Shown: positions 9,120 through 17,707, numbered from the stretch's first letter. The stretch: 64,000 nucleotides of DNA from Nitrospirota bacterium (GCA_016212215.1 JACRGV010000131.1:655-64654), one strand, 5' to 3'. Program-made: numbers and translations. The notes: generated from the letters alone by a model not told the origin.

Positions 9120-9260
9120 ATGGAATTAATAGAAGAGACACTGAAGTTAAGCCCGCTCTACTTTACCCTGTCACAGCAGGAAGTAAAAGAGCTTATTAAA
9201 AAACTTTCAGCCGGTTTTGATAGTCCTTCAGAAGATGAAGAAGAATCTCCTGTAAATTAA
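9120..9260 (+). CDS. Hypothetical 46-aa acidic protein
   Basis: ATG preceded by AAGGAGG, reading MELIEETLKLSPLYFTLSQQEVKELIKKLSAGFDSPSEDEEESPVN. Confidence 0.3.
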   Translation: MELIEETLKLSPLYFTLSQQEVKELIKKLSAGFDSPSEDEEESPVN

Positions 9261-9358
9261 AGAATCTCCCCTGTTATAATTTCTTTCCTTTAAATCCAAA
9301 ACAGAGTATACTCTGTTCCCGAAAAAAGAATTCAATGTATTGTAGATTTTGACTATGA

Positions 9359-10069
9359 ATGTCAAAAAATAATGCTATGGCCTCCAAAAAAGAATTTTTA
9401 AAATCATTATCTATCTTTTCTACACTCACTGATGCTGAAATATTCAAGCTATCAGATATTTCAGATGAGTTCACGTATAAAAATGGCGAATACATATTTT
9501 ACGAAGGGGACTCTCCTGACTGGCTTTGTATAGTTAAAGAGGGTAATGTAAAGGTTTTAAAACAACAGGAGGAAGGGAAAGAGACTATACTCAGGATTTT
9601 CAAACTGGGAGAGATATTCGGTGCAATGCCTGTCTTTGACAGACGGCCTTATCCGGCATCTTCAATCTCAATGGGGCAAACCGCCATATTAAAAATATAT
9701 TACACCGATTGCCTTGAATTCTTCGGTAAGAGACCTGACATAACCATTAAGCTTATTGGAGATATCGGTAAGATGCAGAGAGAGTTTGTTGACAAGTTCA
9801 ATGTATCATTAACAACCCGTGTAGAACATAGGATAGCCAGTACCTTAATGAACCTTGCAAGTAAAGTCAATGTGGAAGGCAGGCAGAATATTGAATTACA
9901 TCTTACCCGAAAAGATATTGCGAGCATGGTAGGAACAACGATAGAGACAACAATAAGAATAATGAGCCGGTTCCAGAAAGATGGGATAATTGAAAGCAAG
10001 AAAGGATATATCACGATATTGAAGCCGGATATGCTTAGTAAGTTAGCAGGAGATATTGAAGATGAATAA
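9359..10069 (+). CDS. Crp/Fnr family transcriptional regulator
   Basis: N-terminal cNMP-binding-type beta-roll and a C-terminal HTH (TRKDIASMVGTTIETTIRIMSRF). There is no N-terminal FNR-type Cys cluster. Confidence 0.85.
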   Translation: MSKNNAMASKKEFLKSLSIFSTLTDAEIFKLSDISDEFTYKNGEYIFYEGDSPDWLCIVKEGNVKVLKQQEEGKETILRIFKLGEIFGAMPVFDRRPYPASSISMGQTAILKIYYTDCLEFFGKRPDITIKLIGDIGKMQREFVDKFNVSLTTRVEHRIASTLMNLASKVNVEGRQNIELHLTRKDIASMVGTTIETTIRIMSRFQKDGIIESKKGYITILKPDMLSKLAGDIEDE

Positions 10070-10082
10070 TCGTGAGCGGGGT

Positions 10083-10189
10083 GTTCACAAAGGTGCATGA
10101 AAATCAGCGGGACAAGAATGTCCCGCCTATCCTCATAGAAATGGATAGGCGGGGTTTTCTTACCCCGCCGGAGGTATTTTCGGATGAAC
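10083..10189 (+). repeat. Family A repeat, copy A1
   Basis: GTTCACAAAGG..GAAAATCAGCGGGACAAGAATGTCCCGCCTATCC..GGATAGGCGGGGTTTTCTTACCCCGCCGGAGG..TTTTCGGATGAAC. Confidence 0.9.
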
Positions 10190-10197
10190 CCTAAATA

Positions 10198-10209
10198 TGA
10201 TTTACGTCA
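10198..10209 (+). promoter_or_regulatory. Candidate Crp/Fnr (Dnr/NnrR-like) box TGATTTACGTCA
   Basis: Matches 8/10 positions of TTGAT-N4-GTCAA. It is centred about 61 nt before the 10265 ATG, with TATGAT at 10228-10233. Confidence 0.4.
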
Positions 10210-10264
10210 TTGTTTGAGAAATATGTGTATGATAACTTTTAAAATATAAAGGAGGTTAGAAAAA

Positions 10265-10453
10265 ATGGCAGAGATTAGCAAAGAGATGACAATCAACCAG
10301 ATTTTAAAACTCTATCCAAAAAGTTCGGCAATTCTAAATAAATTTAATATTGATACCTGCTGCGGCGGAACCAGGACACTTGAACAGGCTGTTAAAGAAG
10401 ACAAGGCAGAGCTGGGTTCATTACTGCAGGCCCTCAACAGTTCTGTTGATTAA
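10265..10453 (+). CDS. ScdA_N (DUF542) domain small protein
   Basis: ILKLYPKSSAILNKFNIDTCCGG..TLEQA matches the N-terminal domain of ScdA/YtfE-type di-iron repair proteins. Confidence 0.65.
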   Translation: MAEISKEMTINQILKLYPKSSAILNKFNIDTCCGGTRTLEQAVKEDKAELGSLLQALNSSVD

Positions 10454-10491
10454 CAGGACTTAACTTCATAACAAACGAAAGGAGATTTAAA

Positions 10492-10731
10492 ATGTCAGAT
10501 GAAAGAAGGGTAGTAGAGCTTGACGTAAGATATATTCCTCCACAGTGGAAACATCCTAAAATATTTGAGACCTTTGATTCTCTCAAAACAGGAGAGGTGT
10601 TGTTGATTATCAATGACCATGATCCAAAACCGCTGAGATACCAGTTTGAGTTTGAAAGGCCCGGTAAATACGGATGGAAATATATGGAAGAAGGGCCTGA
10701 GATATGGAAGGTTGAGATTGAACATCTTTAA
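10492..10731 (+). CDS. DUF2249 domain protein
   Basis: VELDVRYIPP..HPKIFETFDSLKTGEVLLIINDHDPKPL pattern. Confidence 0.7.
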   Translation: MSDERRVVELDVRYIPPQWKHPKIFETFDSLKTGEVLLIINDHDPKPLRYQFEFERPGKYGWKYMEEGPEIWKVEIEHL

Positions 10732-10737
10732 ACATAG

Positions 10738-10810
10738 ATCCCTCTCCCCTTTTGGGGAGAGGGTCAGAGCTTGCCCCCGAAGTATTTATCGGGGGGTGAG
10801 GGGGAGATAA
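10738..10810 (+). repeat. Family B hairpin repeat
   Basis: CCCTCTCCCCTTTTGGGGAGAGGGTCAGAGCTTGCCCCCGAAG..CGGGGGGTGAGGGGGAG. Its 3' end acts as the SD for the next gene. Confidence 0.85.
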
Positions 10811-10816
10811 ATTAAA

Positions 10817-11329
10817 ATGGATTTCTTAAACAAAAACGTGGTTGAACTTGATGTAAGGGCAGAGGTGAATTCAGGTAGCGACCCTTTCAAGACCATCATG
10901 ACCGCAGTAAACAGCATTAAAGAAGGAGATGTTCTGCACCTGATTAACGGCTTTGAACCGGTCCCCCTTTATACGGTTATGAAGATGAAGGGGTATGACC
11001 ATACTACAGAAAACAAGGCAGGTGTGTGGCACATCTATTTTTATCAGGAATCAACATCAGGGTCAGAAGCGGCAAGCGTACAAAGCGAAAGTGCATGTAC
11101 ATTAGGTGGAAATACAGTAGAGATAGATGTAAGGGGGCTTGAACCGCCGGAACCAATGGTGATGATATTGGAGACATTGCCTAAGATTGGTGCCGGAGAC
11201 TTATTGCTTGTGCATCATCACCGTGAGCCGTTAATGCTTTACGATAAGCTGGAGCATCTTGGATATGAGGCATCGGCAGAGAAGGTCACAGAAGGATACT
11301 ACAAGGTAAGGATCACAAAGAAGGCATAG
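10817..11329 (+). CDS. Tandem DUF2249 (TusA/SirA-like fold) protein
   Basis: Two VE(L/I)DVR...EP(V/P)P modules. Confidence 0.65.
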   Translation: MDFLNKNVVELDVRAEVNSGSDPFKTIMTAVNSIKEGDVLHLINGFEPVPLYTVMKMKGYDHTTENKAGVWHIYFYQESTSGSEAASVQSESACTLGGNTVEIDVRGLEPPEPMVMILETLPKIGAGDLLLVHHHREPLMLYDKLEHLGYEASAEKVTEGYYKVRITKKA

Positions 11330-11344
11330 AGGTAATTTTTAATT

Positions 11345-12616
11345 ATGAGTACACCATTTTCAGGTAACATTGCAACACCATATTCACCGCCGTTCAGTGT
11401 AGTAAAACAGTATTTTATTGCCGCAACAATAACATTTATACTATTGAACGGGATGATGCTGTTAAGCTATCAGTATATACAAGGGTATCATTTCCAGCCG
11501 AGACTCCTGGCCTTTGCCCATATAGCCGTGCTCGGATGGGCAACAATGATTATTATGGGTGCAATGACACAACTTGTCCCTGTTATCCTCGAGACATCAC
11601 TATTTAGTGTGCGGATGGCACGCTGGGGATTATGGTTATTTTTATTGGGTGTATCAGGCATTGCCGGACACTTCTGGCTTTTTGCAACCAGAGGTTCCGG
11701 TATGCTCTCTGCTGCAGGAACAGCTTATGTTGCAATCATCCTGTTTGTCATTAATATTGGTCTGACTCTGAAAAAGGTCAGGAGTATCAACATAAGCTCA
11801 GCCCATATTATTGCTGCAATTACATATCTCGGCATAGTTGCAACTGTAGGTCTGTTACTTGGTATTAATCTTGGTAACCCATTTATAAGAGGCAACCACC
11901 TACACTATCTTGCACTCCATGCGGCATTAGGATTTGCAGGGTGGTTTTCTATGGTTATAATGGGCGTTTCATACAGACTACTCCCGATGTTCACATTATC
12001 TTATTCATATAAGACATGGCCTGGCTGGACGGCATTCGGGCTTGTTAATGCCGGCATATTGGGAGTTGTGATTGAGTTTCTTTTTGATATGCCTCTTTAC
12101 AGTTCGTTAATAATTGCTGCCGGTCTGTTTATGTTCTCCTATCAGGTGGTGCTTATTATAAAGGGGAGGATGCGGAAGGCAATGGACCTTGGCCTTCGCT
12201 ATGCAGTTCTTGCTTATGGCTATATTCCATTAGCGACAGTAGTTGGAGTCTACATAGCACTCAGCCACGCTTTACCTGCAATGAGACAGCGGTTTGTATT
12301 GATATACGGTTTTACAGTGGTATTCGGCTGTATAACTTTTCTGGTTATAGGCATGATGTATAAGGTAGTCCCTTTCCTTGTCTGGTTTCACAAATACAGC
12401 GACAAGGTAGGGAAGGAGAAGGTGCCTCTACTTAAAGATATGTTTTCAGAACGTCTCGGGAATATCCAGTTCTATCTTATAAATATTGGAGTACCGGCTG
12501 TGATAGCAGGTCTTCTAATCGGCAATCAGATTGTAGTCGGTCTCGGTACAGCTATTATGTTCATCGCATCACTGTTGTTCGGATATAATATGCTGATGGT
12601 TTTTACAAGGAAATAA
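11345..12616 (+). CDS. 12-TM membrane protein, heme-copper-oxidase subunit I-like (uncertain)
   Basis: About 12 hydrophobic helices. The motif H..LG(W/F)..M.IMG....L(V/L)P recurs three times. Confidence 0.4.
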   Translation: MSTPFSGNIATPYSPPFSVVKQYFIAATITFILLNGMMLLSYQYIQGYHFQPRLLAFAHIAVLGWATMIIMGAMTQLVPVILETSLFSVRMARWGLWLFLLGVSGIAGHFWLFATRGSGMLSAAGTAYVAIILFVINIGLTLKKVRSINISSAHIIAAITYLGIVATVGLLLGINLGNPFIRGNHLHYLALHAALGFAGWFSMVIMGVSYRLLPMFTLSYSYKTWPGWTAFGLVNAGILGVVIEFLFDMPLYSSLIIAAGLFMFSYQVVLIIKGRMRKAMDLGLRYAVLAYGYIPLATVVGVYIALSHALPAMRQRFVLIYGFTVVFGCITFLVIGMMYKVVPFLVWFHKYSDKVGKEKVPLLKDMFSERLGNIQFYLINIGVPAVIAGLLIGNQIVVGLGTAIMFIASLLFGYNMLMVFTRK

Positions 12617-12658
12617 CCCCATCCCCACCCTGACCCTCCCCTTGAAAGGGAGGGAAAT
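12615..12658 (-). repeat. Family B hairpin repeat (reverse orientation)
   Basis: AACCCCATCCCCACCCTGACCCTCCCCTTGAAAGGGAGGG. Confidence 0.85.
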
Positions 12659-12702
12659 ATCATCACCATCACAGGGATAGGATAAAGGTGAGGGGGGAAA
12701 CA

Positions 12703-13026
12703 ATGCTAAAACGTGAGGGCAAAATGGTATCAGAAAATCTAATATTAACTGCATTAAAACATGTACTGGACCCTGAACTCGGTCTCAATATAGTAGACCT
12801 TGGCCTTGTATATGATGTGAAGTCCGAAGAAAACGGTGATGTCCATATCAAAATGACTATGACTACTGCAGGATGTCCCCTTCATGCAAGCATATCAAAA
12901 GGGGCTGAAGAGGCGGTAAAACAACTACCCGGTGTTGAAAAAGTGGATGTCGAATTGGTGTGGGAACCCGCATGGACTCCTGATAGGATGACAGACTGGG
13001 CACGGAAACAGCTCGGATGGAAATAG
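12703..13026 (+). CDS. DUF59 / metal-sulfur cluster assembly factor (SufT/MIP18-like)
   Basis: LKHVLDPELGLNIVDLGLVYDV and MTMTTAGCPL motifs. ATG 12703 follows a GGTGAGGGGGG SD; the track ORF starts at GTG 12688. Confidence 0.75.
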   Translation: MLKREGKMVSENLILTALKHVLDPELGLNIVDLGLVYDVKSEENGDVHIKMTMTTAGCPLHASISKGAEEAVKQLPGVEKVDVELVWEPAWTPDRMTDWARKQLGWK

Positions 13027-13251
13027 AAGTCTGTGTTGCATACATAAGTGTAACTCAGACATATTTTAACTTTTTTATTTACATTGCAGAATAAACCTGC
13101 TATATTTTTTTCGTCATTTTATATTTCATCTCGATATTAGTAAACACTTCAAAGTCTTACCAGATAAAAACTAAATAGTTGTGGGCATGCAGGATAGATA
13201 GCTTACCCTGTGTATTTTTTTATTATTAATTCAAAGAAAGGGAGGAATATT

Positions 13252-14469
13252 ATGAGAAAAAAAGGTGGTATATTGGGATTTATTTTTTTGTTGTTGTTTG
13301 GTTTCTCTTATGTTGTGCCTGATGTTGCTCAGGCAGTCCCTGCATTTGCAAGGCAGACAGGGCTTTCCTGTTCATCCTGTCACTTCCAGCATTTTCCTGC
13401 TTTGAATGCATTCGGCAGGGCATTCAAGTCCGGTGGGTACACCATGATTGGGGGACAGAGCATGGTTGAAGGGGACATGCTGTCACTTCCGAGTGTAGTT
13501 AATGCATCCGTAGTGGTTAAGGTAAGATACCAGAAGACGAATGGAGATTCAGCGACCGGTACAAATATGGGAGAATTACAGTTTCCAGATGAGGCGTCTC
13601 TATTTTTGGGCGGTCGTGTAGGTGAAAATGTAGGATTTGTGCTTGAGGGGCAAATTTCTAATGGGGCGGATCCAATGTTTGCATCATTTAAAATGCCTTT
13701 TGTGTATGATGTCGCAAGTTCCAAATTTAGTATTATTCCATTTATAACAGACGGACTTGGACCCTCATTTGGTTTTGAACTCCTGAATACCGGCGCAGTC
13801 AGAAATGTGCGTATTATGGAACACAGAAAAGAGTTGTCTGCTCAACAGTTTGTCGGAACAGACGGGGCAGCAGAAGGTGTGGCATTTGTTGCTTCTAACA
13901 ATATGGGTTTTGTAAATGCCACACTCTGGACACCTAATCATGGCTCAGTGGCTGTAAACAGCCCTGCATATTACCTTCGTGCTGTTGCTACTCCAACTCT
14001 TGGTCCTTGGGACGTTGGTGCAGGAATACAGTACTGGACCGGGACAGTTAGCAGGGATGCAACCGGAGGGGGAGAAGAAGATGCGAAGGCTATGGCAGTT
14101 GATGCTCAGGCACAGGGCATGGTTGGCTCTATGCCGTTAGGTGTATATTTTACTTATGCTAAAGCAGACAAATCCGGAGGAACAACAAACATATTTAACA
14201 GCAGTACAACTGATGATACATCTGCCTTTTCCGTTGCCGGAGAGATTGGGGTACTACCAGGTAAAGTATCCTTAACTGCAGCTTACAGGGCAGGGGATAA
14301 AAGCGGGAAAAGCAACAATGGTATTTTACTTGGTGCATTATATCAGGTAGAGCAAAACATTCAGTTCCAGCTTAACCATACAACCTACGGCGGAGATACG
14401 TATGATGCAGCGAAAAAGGCGGCTGATGGTGACCAGCTTACTACTCTGATGATGTTTACAGCGTTCTAA
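13252..14469 (+). CDS. Outer-membrane beta-barrel protein with an N-terminal single c-type heme motif (Cyt572-like)
   Basis: Signal peptide ending AQA, then ARQTGLSCSSCHFQHFP. The rest is alternating beta-strand-like sequence ending in a C-terminal F. ATG 13252 follows AAGGGAGG. Confidence 0.55.
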   Translation: MRKKGGILGFIFLLLFGFSYVVPDVAQAVPAFARQTGLSCSSCHFQHFPALNAFGRAFKSGGYTMIGGQSMVEGDMLSLPSVVNASVVVKVRYQKTNGDSATGTNMGELQFPDEASLFLGGRVGENVGFVLEGQISNGADPMFASFKMPFVYDVASSKFSIIPFITDGLGPSFGFELLNTGAVRNVRIMEHRKELSAQQFVGTDGAAEGVAFVASNNMGFVNATLWTPNHGSVAVNSPAYYLRAVATPTLGPWDVGAGIQYWTGTVSRDATGGGEEDAKAMAVDAQAQGMVGSMPLGVYFTYAKADKSGGTTNIFNSSTTDDTSAFSVAGEIGVLPGKVSLTAAYRAGDKSGKSNNGILLGALYQVEQNIQFQLNHTTYGGDTYDAAKKAADGDQLTTLMMFTAF

Positions 14470-14473
14470 AAAA

Positions 14474-14558
14474 GGGTTCAAGGATTCGAGGGGGCAAGGG
14501 TTCCAGTGGAAGGAACAATAAGCCCCCTTAACCCACGACCCCTTGAATCCTTGAACCC
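14474..14558. terminator. Long inverted repeat between convergent genes (candidate bidirectional terminator)
   Basis: GGGTTCAAGGATTCGAGGGGG ... CCCCTTGAATCCTTGAACCC, flanked by an A-run and a T-run. Confidence 0.55.
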
Positions 14559-14566
14559 TGACTTTT

Positions 14567-15493
14567 CTACTTCCTCTTAACCGTCTTTTCTATCTTATCT
14601 ACGATATGTTCTGCGGTGAGTCCGTATTTCTTGAAGAGTTCATCCGGCTGGCCTGATTCTGCGTAGGTATCTTTAAGGCCGATAAAACCCATTGGAACAG
14701 GGTAGTGTTCTGAAACAACCTGTGCAACGGCCGCGCCAAGACCACCTGATAATAGATGTTCTTCAGCGGTTACGATTGCACCGGTATTTTGTGCTGACTG
14801 TACAATTGCATCTACGTCAATCGGTTTTACTGTGTGCATATCAATTACCCTTACATCTATCCCTTTTTCACTGCATATACATGCCGCTTCAACAGCCTCC
14901 TGTACAAGCAGTCCGTTTGCAATAACAGTTATGTCAATACCTTCCCGTATAATATTTGCCTTACCTATCTCAAAATTCCCGCCATTCTGATAAATTACAG
15001 GGGCCTTTGGTCTCCCGGTTCTTATATATACCGGCCCTATATGTTTGGCAGCTAACCTGACCAGTTCTTTTGTGGAAAGTTCATCAGCCGGTACCATCAC
15101 TACGAAACCCGGCAATGAACATGCTAATGCAATGTCTTCAACGCCCATTTGAGATGCACCGTCTTCACCTATGCTTATCCCGCCGTGAGAGCCGACAAGT
15201 TTTACATTGAGGTGCGGATTGGCAATGCTCATGCGGAGCTGATCAAAAGTCTTACATATCAGAAATGATGCAAAGCTGGATGCAAAAGGTATCTTGCCGC
15301 AGGATGCAAGGCCGGCAGCAGTTGACACCATATTTGCCTCAGCTATACCCATATTAAAAAATCTCTCTTTAAATTCTTTGGCGAATAAAATACTTTTTGT
15401 TGACTTGGAAAGGTCTGCATCAAGTGCAACTATCGCAGGGTTTTCCTTCCCCAGCTCTGCCAGAGTCTTCCCATAAGCATCCCTCGTTGCCAT
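14567..15493 (-). CDS. Transketolase, C-terminal subunit
   Basis: MATRDAYGKTL..., the pyrimidine-binding and C-terminal domains. An alternative GTG start lies at 15517. Confidence 0.85.
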   Translation of the reverse strand: MATRDAYGKTLAELGKENPAIVALDADLSKSTKSILFAKEFKERFFNMGIAEANMVSTAAGLASCGKIPFASSFASFLICKTFDQLRMSIANPHLNVKLVGSHGGISIGEDGASQMGVEDIALACSLPGFVVMVPADELSTKELVRLAAKHIGPVYIRTGRPKAPVIYQNGGNFEIGKANIIREGIDITVIANGLLVQEAVEAACICSEKGIDVRVIDMHTVKPIDVDAIVQSAQNTGAIVTAEEHLLSGGLGAAVAQVVSEHYPVPMGFIGLKDTYAESGQPDELFKKYGLTAEHIVDKIEKTVKRK

Positions 15494-15517
15494 TCCATAA
15501 ACCCGTTTACAAGACAC

Positions 15518-15602
15518 GTTCCTGTTACCCCCTGTTTATCTTCCTTCTTATTTCTAATGTCTTTTGTCTCACGTCTTACTTCTTGCTTCTGACTTCTTCC
15601 TT
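15518..15602 (-). repeat. Heptamer-periodic purine tract (sense on the minus strand) between the two transketolase genes
   Basis: The minus strand reads GAAGGAAGAAGTCAGAAGCAAGAAGTAAGACG... Confidence 0.75.
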
Positions 15603-16415
15603 CTATCCCCCCAGCTCCTTCAATGCTAATTCCTTCTGTTCCTTCGTTGGTGCCATGCCATGAAATTCTACATTATGTTCCATGAATGACACGCCCTTCC
15701 CTTTTATTGTCTTTGAAATAATTACTGTCGGTTTTCCTTTTGTGGCCTTTGCCTCAGCAATTGCATTTAATATCTGAGGAAAATCATGCCCGTTAATCTC
15801 TATAGCGTGCCAGCCGAACCCCTTCCACTTGTCTATGATAGGTTCAAGTTCCATGATGTCTTTTACCCACCCATCAAGCTGCTGGCTGTTGCTGTCAACT
15901 ATTGCAGTAAGATTATCCAGCTTATAGTATGCCGAGGACATGGCTGCCTCCCATACCTGCCCTTCCTGCGATTCACCGTCTCCCATCATCACATAAACCC
16001 TGTAATCCTTTTGATCCAGTTTGCCTGCCAGCGCCATTCCAAGCCCGATTGAAAGCCCCTGACCGAGTGAACCTGTTGATGCCTCAATACCGGAAAGCCG
16101 CCTTACCTCAGGGTGTCCCTGAAGCGGACTGCCGAATCTTCTTAATGTTAAAAGCAAGTCCGGGCTGAAATATCCTGAACGTGCCAGTGCACTGTACAAG
16201 GCCGGTGCAGCATGACCTTTACTCAATATGAAACGGTCCCTGTCAGGCCATGTGGGATTTTTTGGGTCATGCCTCATTTCCTTAAAATATAAAGATGAAA
16301 TAACCTCAACAGCAGAGAGCGAGCCGCCCGGATGACCGGAATTAGCCTCTGCAATCATATTGATAATGTCTATGCGCATAGTCCGTGCTATTTCTTTCAG
16401 GCTTTCTATATTCAT
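15603..16415 (-). CDS. Transketolase, N-terminal (TPP-binding) subunit
   Basis: SGHPGGSLS, GHAAP and GDGE motifs. The likely ATG at 16415 lies in the repeat module GAGATTTTCGTATGAA; the track start is GTG 16436. Confidence 0.85.
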   Translation of the reverse strand: MNIESLKEIARTMRIDIINMIAEANSGHPGGSLSAVEVISSLYFKEMRHDPKNPTWPDRDRFILSKGHAAPALYSALARSGYFSPDLLLTLRRFGSPLQGHPEVRRLSGIEASTGSLGQGLSIGLGMALAGKLDQKDYRVYVMMGDGESQEGQVWEAAMSSAYYKLDNLTAIVDSNSQQLDGWVKDIMELEPIIDKWKGFGWHAIEINGHDFPQILNAIAEAKATKGKPTVIISKTIKGKGVSFMEHNVEFHGMAPTKEQKELALKELGG

Positions 16416-16521
16416 ACGAAAATCTCCATAGCTCACCCTCCCCCTAACCCCCTCCCGTCAAGGGAGGGGGAATTAACATAGCCCCCTCTCCCCTGGCGGG
16501 AGAGGGTCCGGGTGAGGGGGC
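16416..16521 (-). repeat. Family B hairpin repeats (two units, reverse orientation)
   Basis: CATAGCTCACCCTCCCCCTAACCCCCTCCCGTCAAGGGAGGGGG...CCCCCTCTCCCCTGGCGGGAGAGGG. Confidence 0.85.
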
Positions 16522-16561
16522 CTTATTTTCATCTACCTTCTTGCTTGTGATTATTTTAGGC

Positions 16562-16590
16562 TTAACAAAGGTTTCAAATTATAATATAAT
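16562..16590 (+). promoter_or_regulatory. Putative promoter upstream of rpoH
   Basis: TTAACA (16562-16567), 17-bp spacer, TATAAT (16585-16590). Confidence 0.45.
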
Positions 16591-16619
16591 TTGGTTGCTA
16601 ATACAAGGAGGGTATTGTC

Positions 16620-16670
16620 ATGGCAAAGATATTAGGGGAGTTGACCCCTGTGGACATGGTTAAGAAATAA
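16620..16670 (+). CDS. 16-codon upstream ORF coupled to rpoH (MAKILGELTPVDMVKK)
   Basis: A strong SD (AAGGAGGG) sits 7 nt before the ATG. Its TAA overlaps the rpoH ATG (TAATG). Confidence 0.4.
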   Translation: MAKILGELTPVDMVKK

Positions 16671-17707
16671 TGGACAAAGAAAAAGAGATAGAAGAGATTG
16701 AAGAAGATAATGAGGAGGAGGAAGAGGATGAAGAGCCTGATTATCTTTCTATAGAACATACTGGAAAACATATTGAATCCGGCGATGCCGATATAGAGCT
16801 TTCTGATGGAATAGATTATATAGCCGGTATAGATGAACATGCGGCTGACAGATCATTAGTAACTTATGACCCCCTCCAACACTACCTAGCAGAGGTCAGG
16901 AAATACCGCTTCCTGACAAAAGAAGAAGAGCACAGGCTTGCAGTCAAATACAGGGAAGAGGGTGACCTCGATGCTGTATCCAGATTGGTAATGGCAAATT
17001 TAAAGATAGTTGTTGTTATTGCAATGGAGTATAAAAATATTGGAATGAATATGATGGACCTGATTCAGGAAGGAAATCTGGGGCTGATGCAGGCAGTAAA
17101 GAAGTTTGACCCTTACAGAGATATTCGGCTTGTTACTTATGCGGCGTGGTGGGTGAGGGCCTATATTCTTAGATACCTGATCAATAACTGGAGGCTTGTA
17201 AAGATAGGGACAACTCAGGCACAGAGGAAACTGTTTTTTAATTTAATGAAAGAGAAGGCGAGGCTCGAGTCGCTTGGATATGAGGCAGGGCCAAAACTGA
17301 TAGCAAGCGGCCTTGGTGTAAAGGAAAAAGAGGTGATTGAGATGGACCAGCGGCTCGGAAGCCGTGAGATGTCTCTGGATGAACCGGTTAAAGATGATTC
17401 AGAAACATCTTTGATGAGTATAATTCCATCACATGAGCCTGCCATAGATGATAAGCTTGCAGATGAAGAGGTCTCTGCCCTTTTCAAGGAGAAGGTCGCA
17501 GAGTTTATGAAGACAATGAATGAGAGAGACTTAAATATATTACAGAACAGGATACTATCGGAAGAACCAAAGTCCCTCCTTGAAATTGGTGAGTTTTATG
17601 GAATATCGAAAGAGCGTGTTCGCCAGCTTGAGGCAAATATAATAAAGCGGCTCAAAAAATATATTGAGAAGGAGATAAAGGATATTGATGACCTCAGGCC
17701 TGCCTGA
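16670..17707 (+). CDS. rpoH: RNA polymerase sigma factor RpoH (sigma-32-like) with an acidic N-terminal extension
   Basis: Region 2 reads DLIQEGNLGLMQAVKKFDP. An RpoH-box-like QAQRKLFFNL is present. Region 4 reads ISKERVRQLE. Confidence 0.8.
   Translation: MDKEKEIEEIEEDNEEEEEDEEPDYLSIEHTGKHIESGDADIELSDGIDYIAGIDEHAADRSLVTYDPLQHYLAEVRKYRFLTKEEEHRLAVKYREEGDLDAVSRLVMANLKIVVVIAMEYKNIGMNMMDLIQEGNLGLMQAVKKFDPYRDIRLVTYAAWWVRAYILRYLINNWRLVKIGTTQAQRKLFFNLMKEKARLESLGYEAGPKLIASGLGVKEKEVIEMDQRLGSREMSLDEPVKDDSETSLMSIIPSHEPAIDDKLADEEVSALFKEKVAEFMKTMNERDLNILQNRILSEEPKSLLEIGEFYGISKERVRQLEANIIKRLKKYIEKEIKDIDDLRPA

Noticed and set aside
12569-12754. ORFs whose translations contain PLPFKGRVRVGMG, GGVRKPRLSGY or similar: 3453-3707(-), 12569-12754(-), 28870-29259(-), 32143-32328(-), 43116-43379(-), 54121-54354(+).
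   Set aside because: They are made almost entirely of family A/B repeat sequence read in an open frame, so they are not independent genes.
14567-16415. The split transketolase as a possible disrupted gene.
   Set aside because: Two-subunit transketolases are a normal, widespread arrangement, and both halves are intact. Only the repeat tract between them is notable.
16598-16840. A minus-strand 80-aa ORF overlapping the rpoH 5' end.
   Set aside because: It is the mirror image of the GAA/GAG-rich acidic N-terminal extension of rpoH, with a hydrophobic low-complexity translation.
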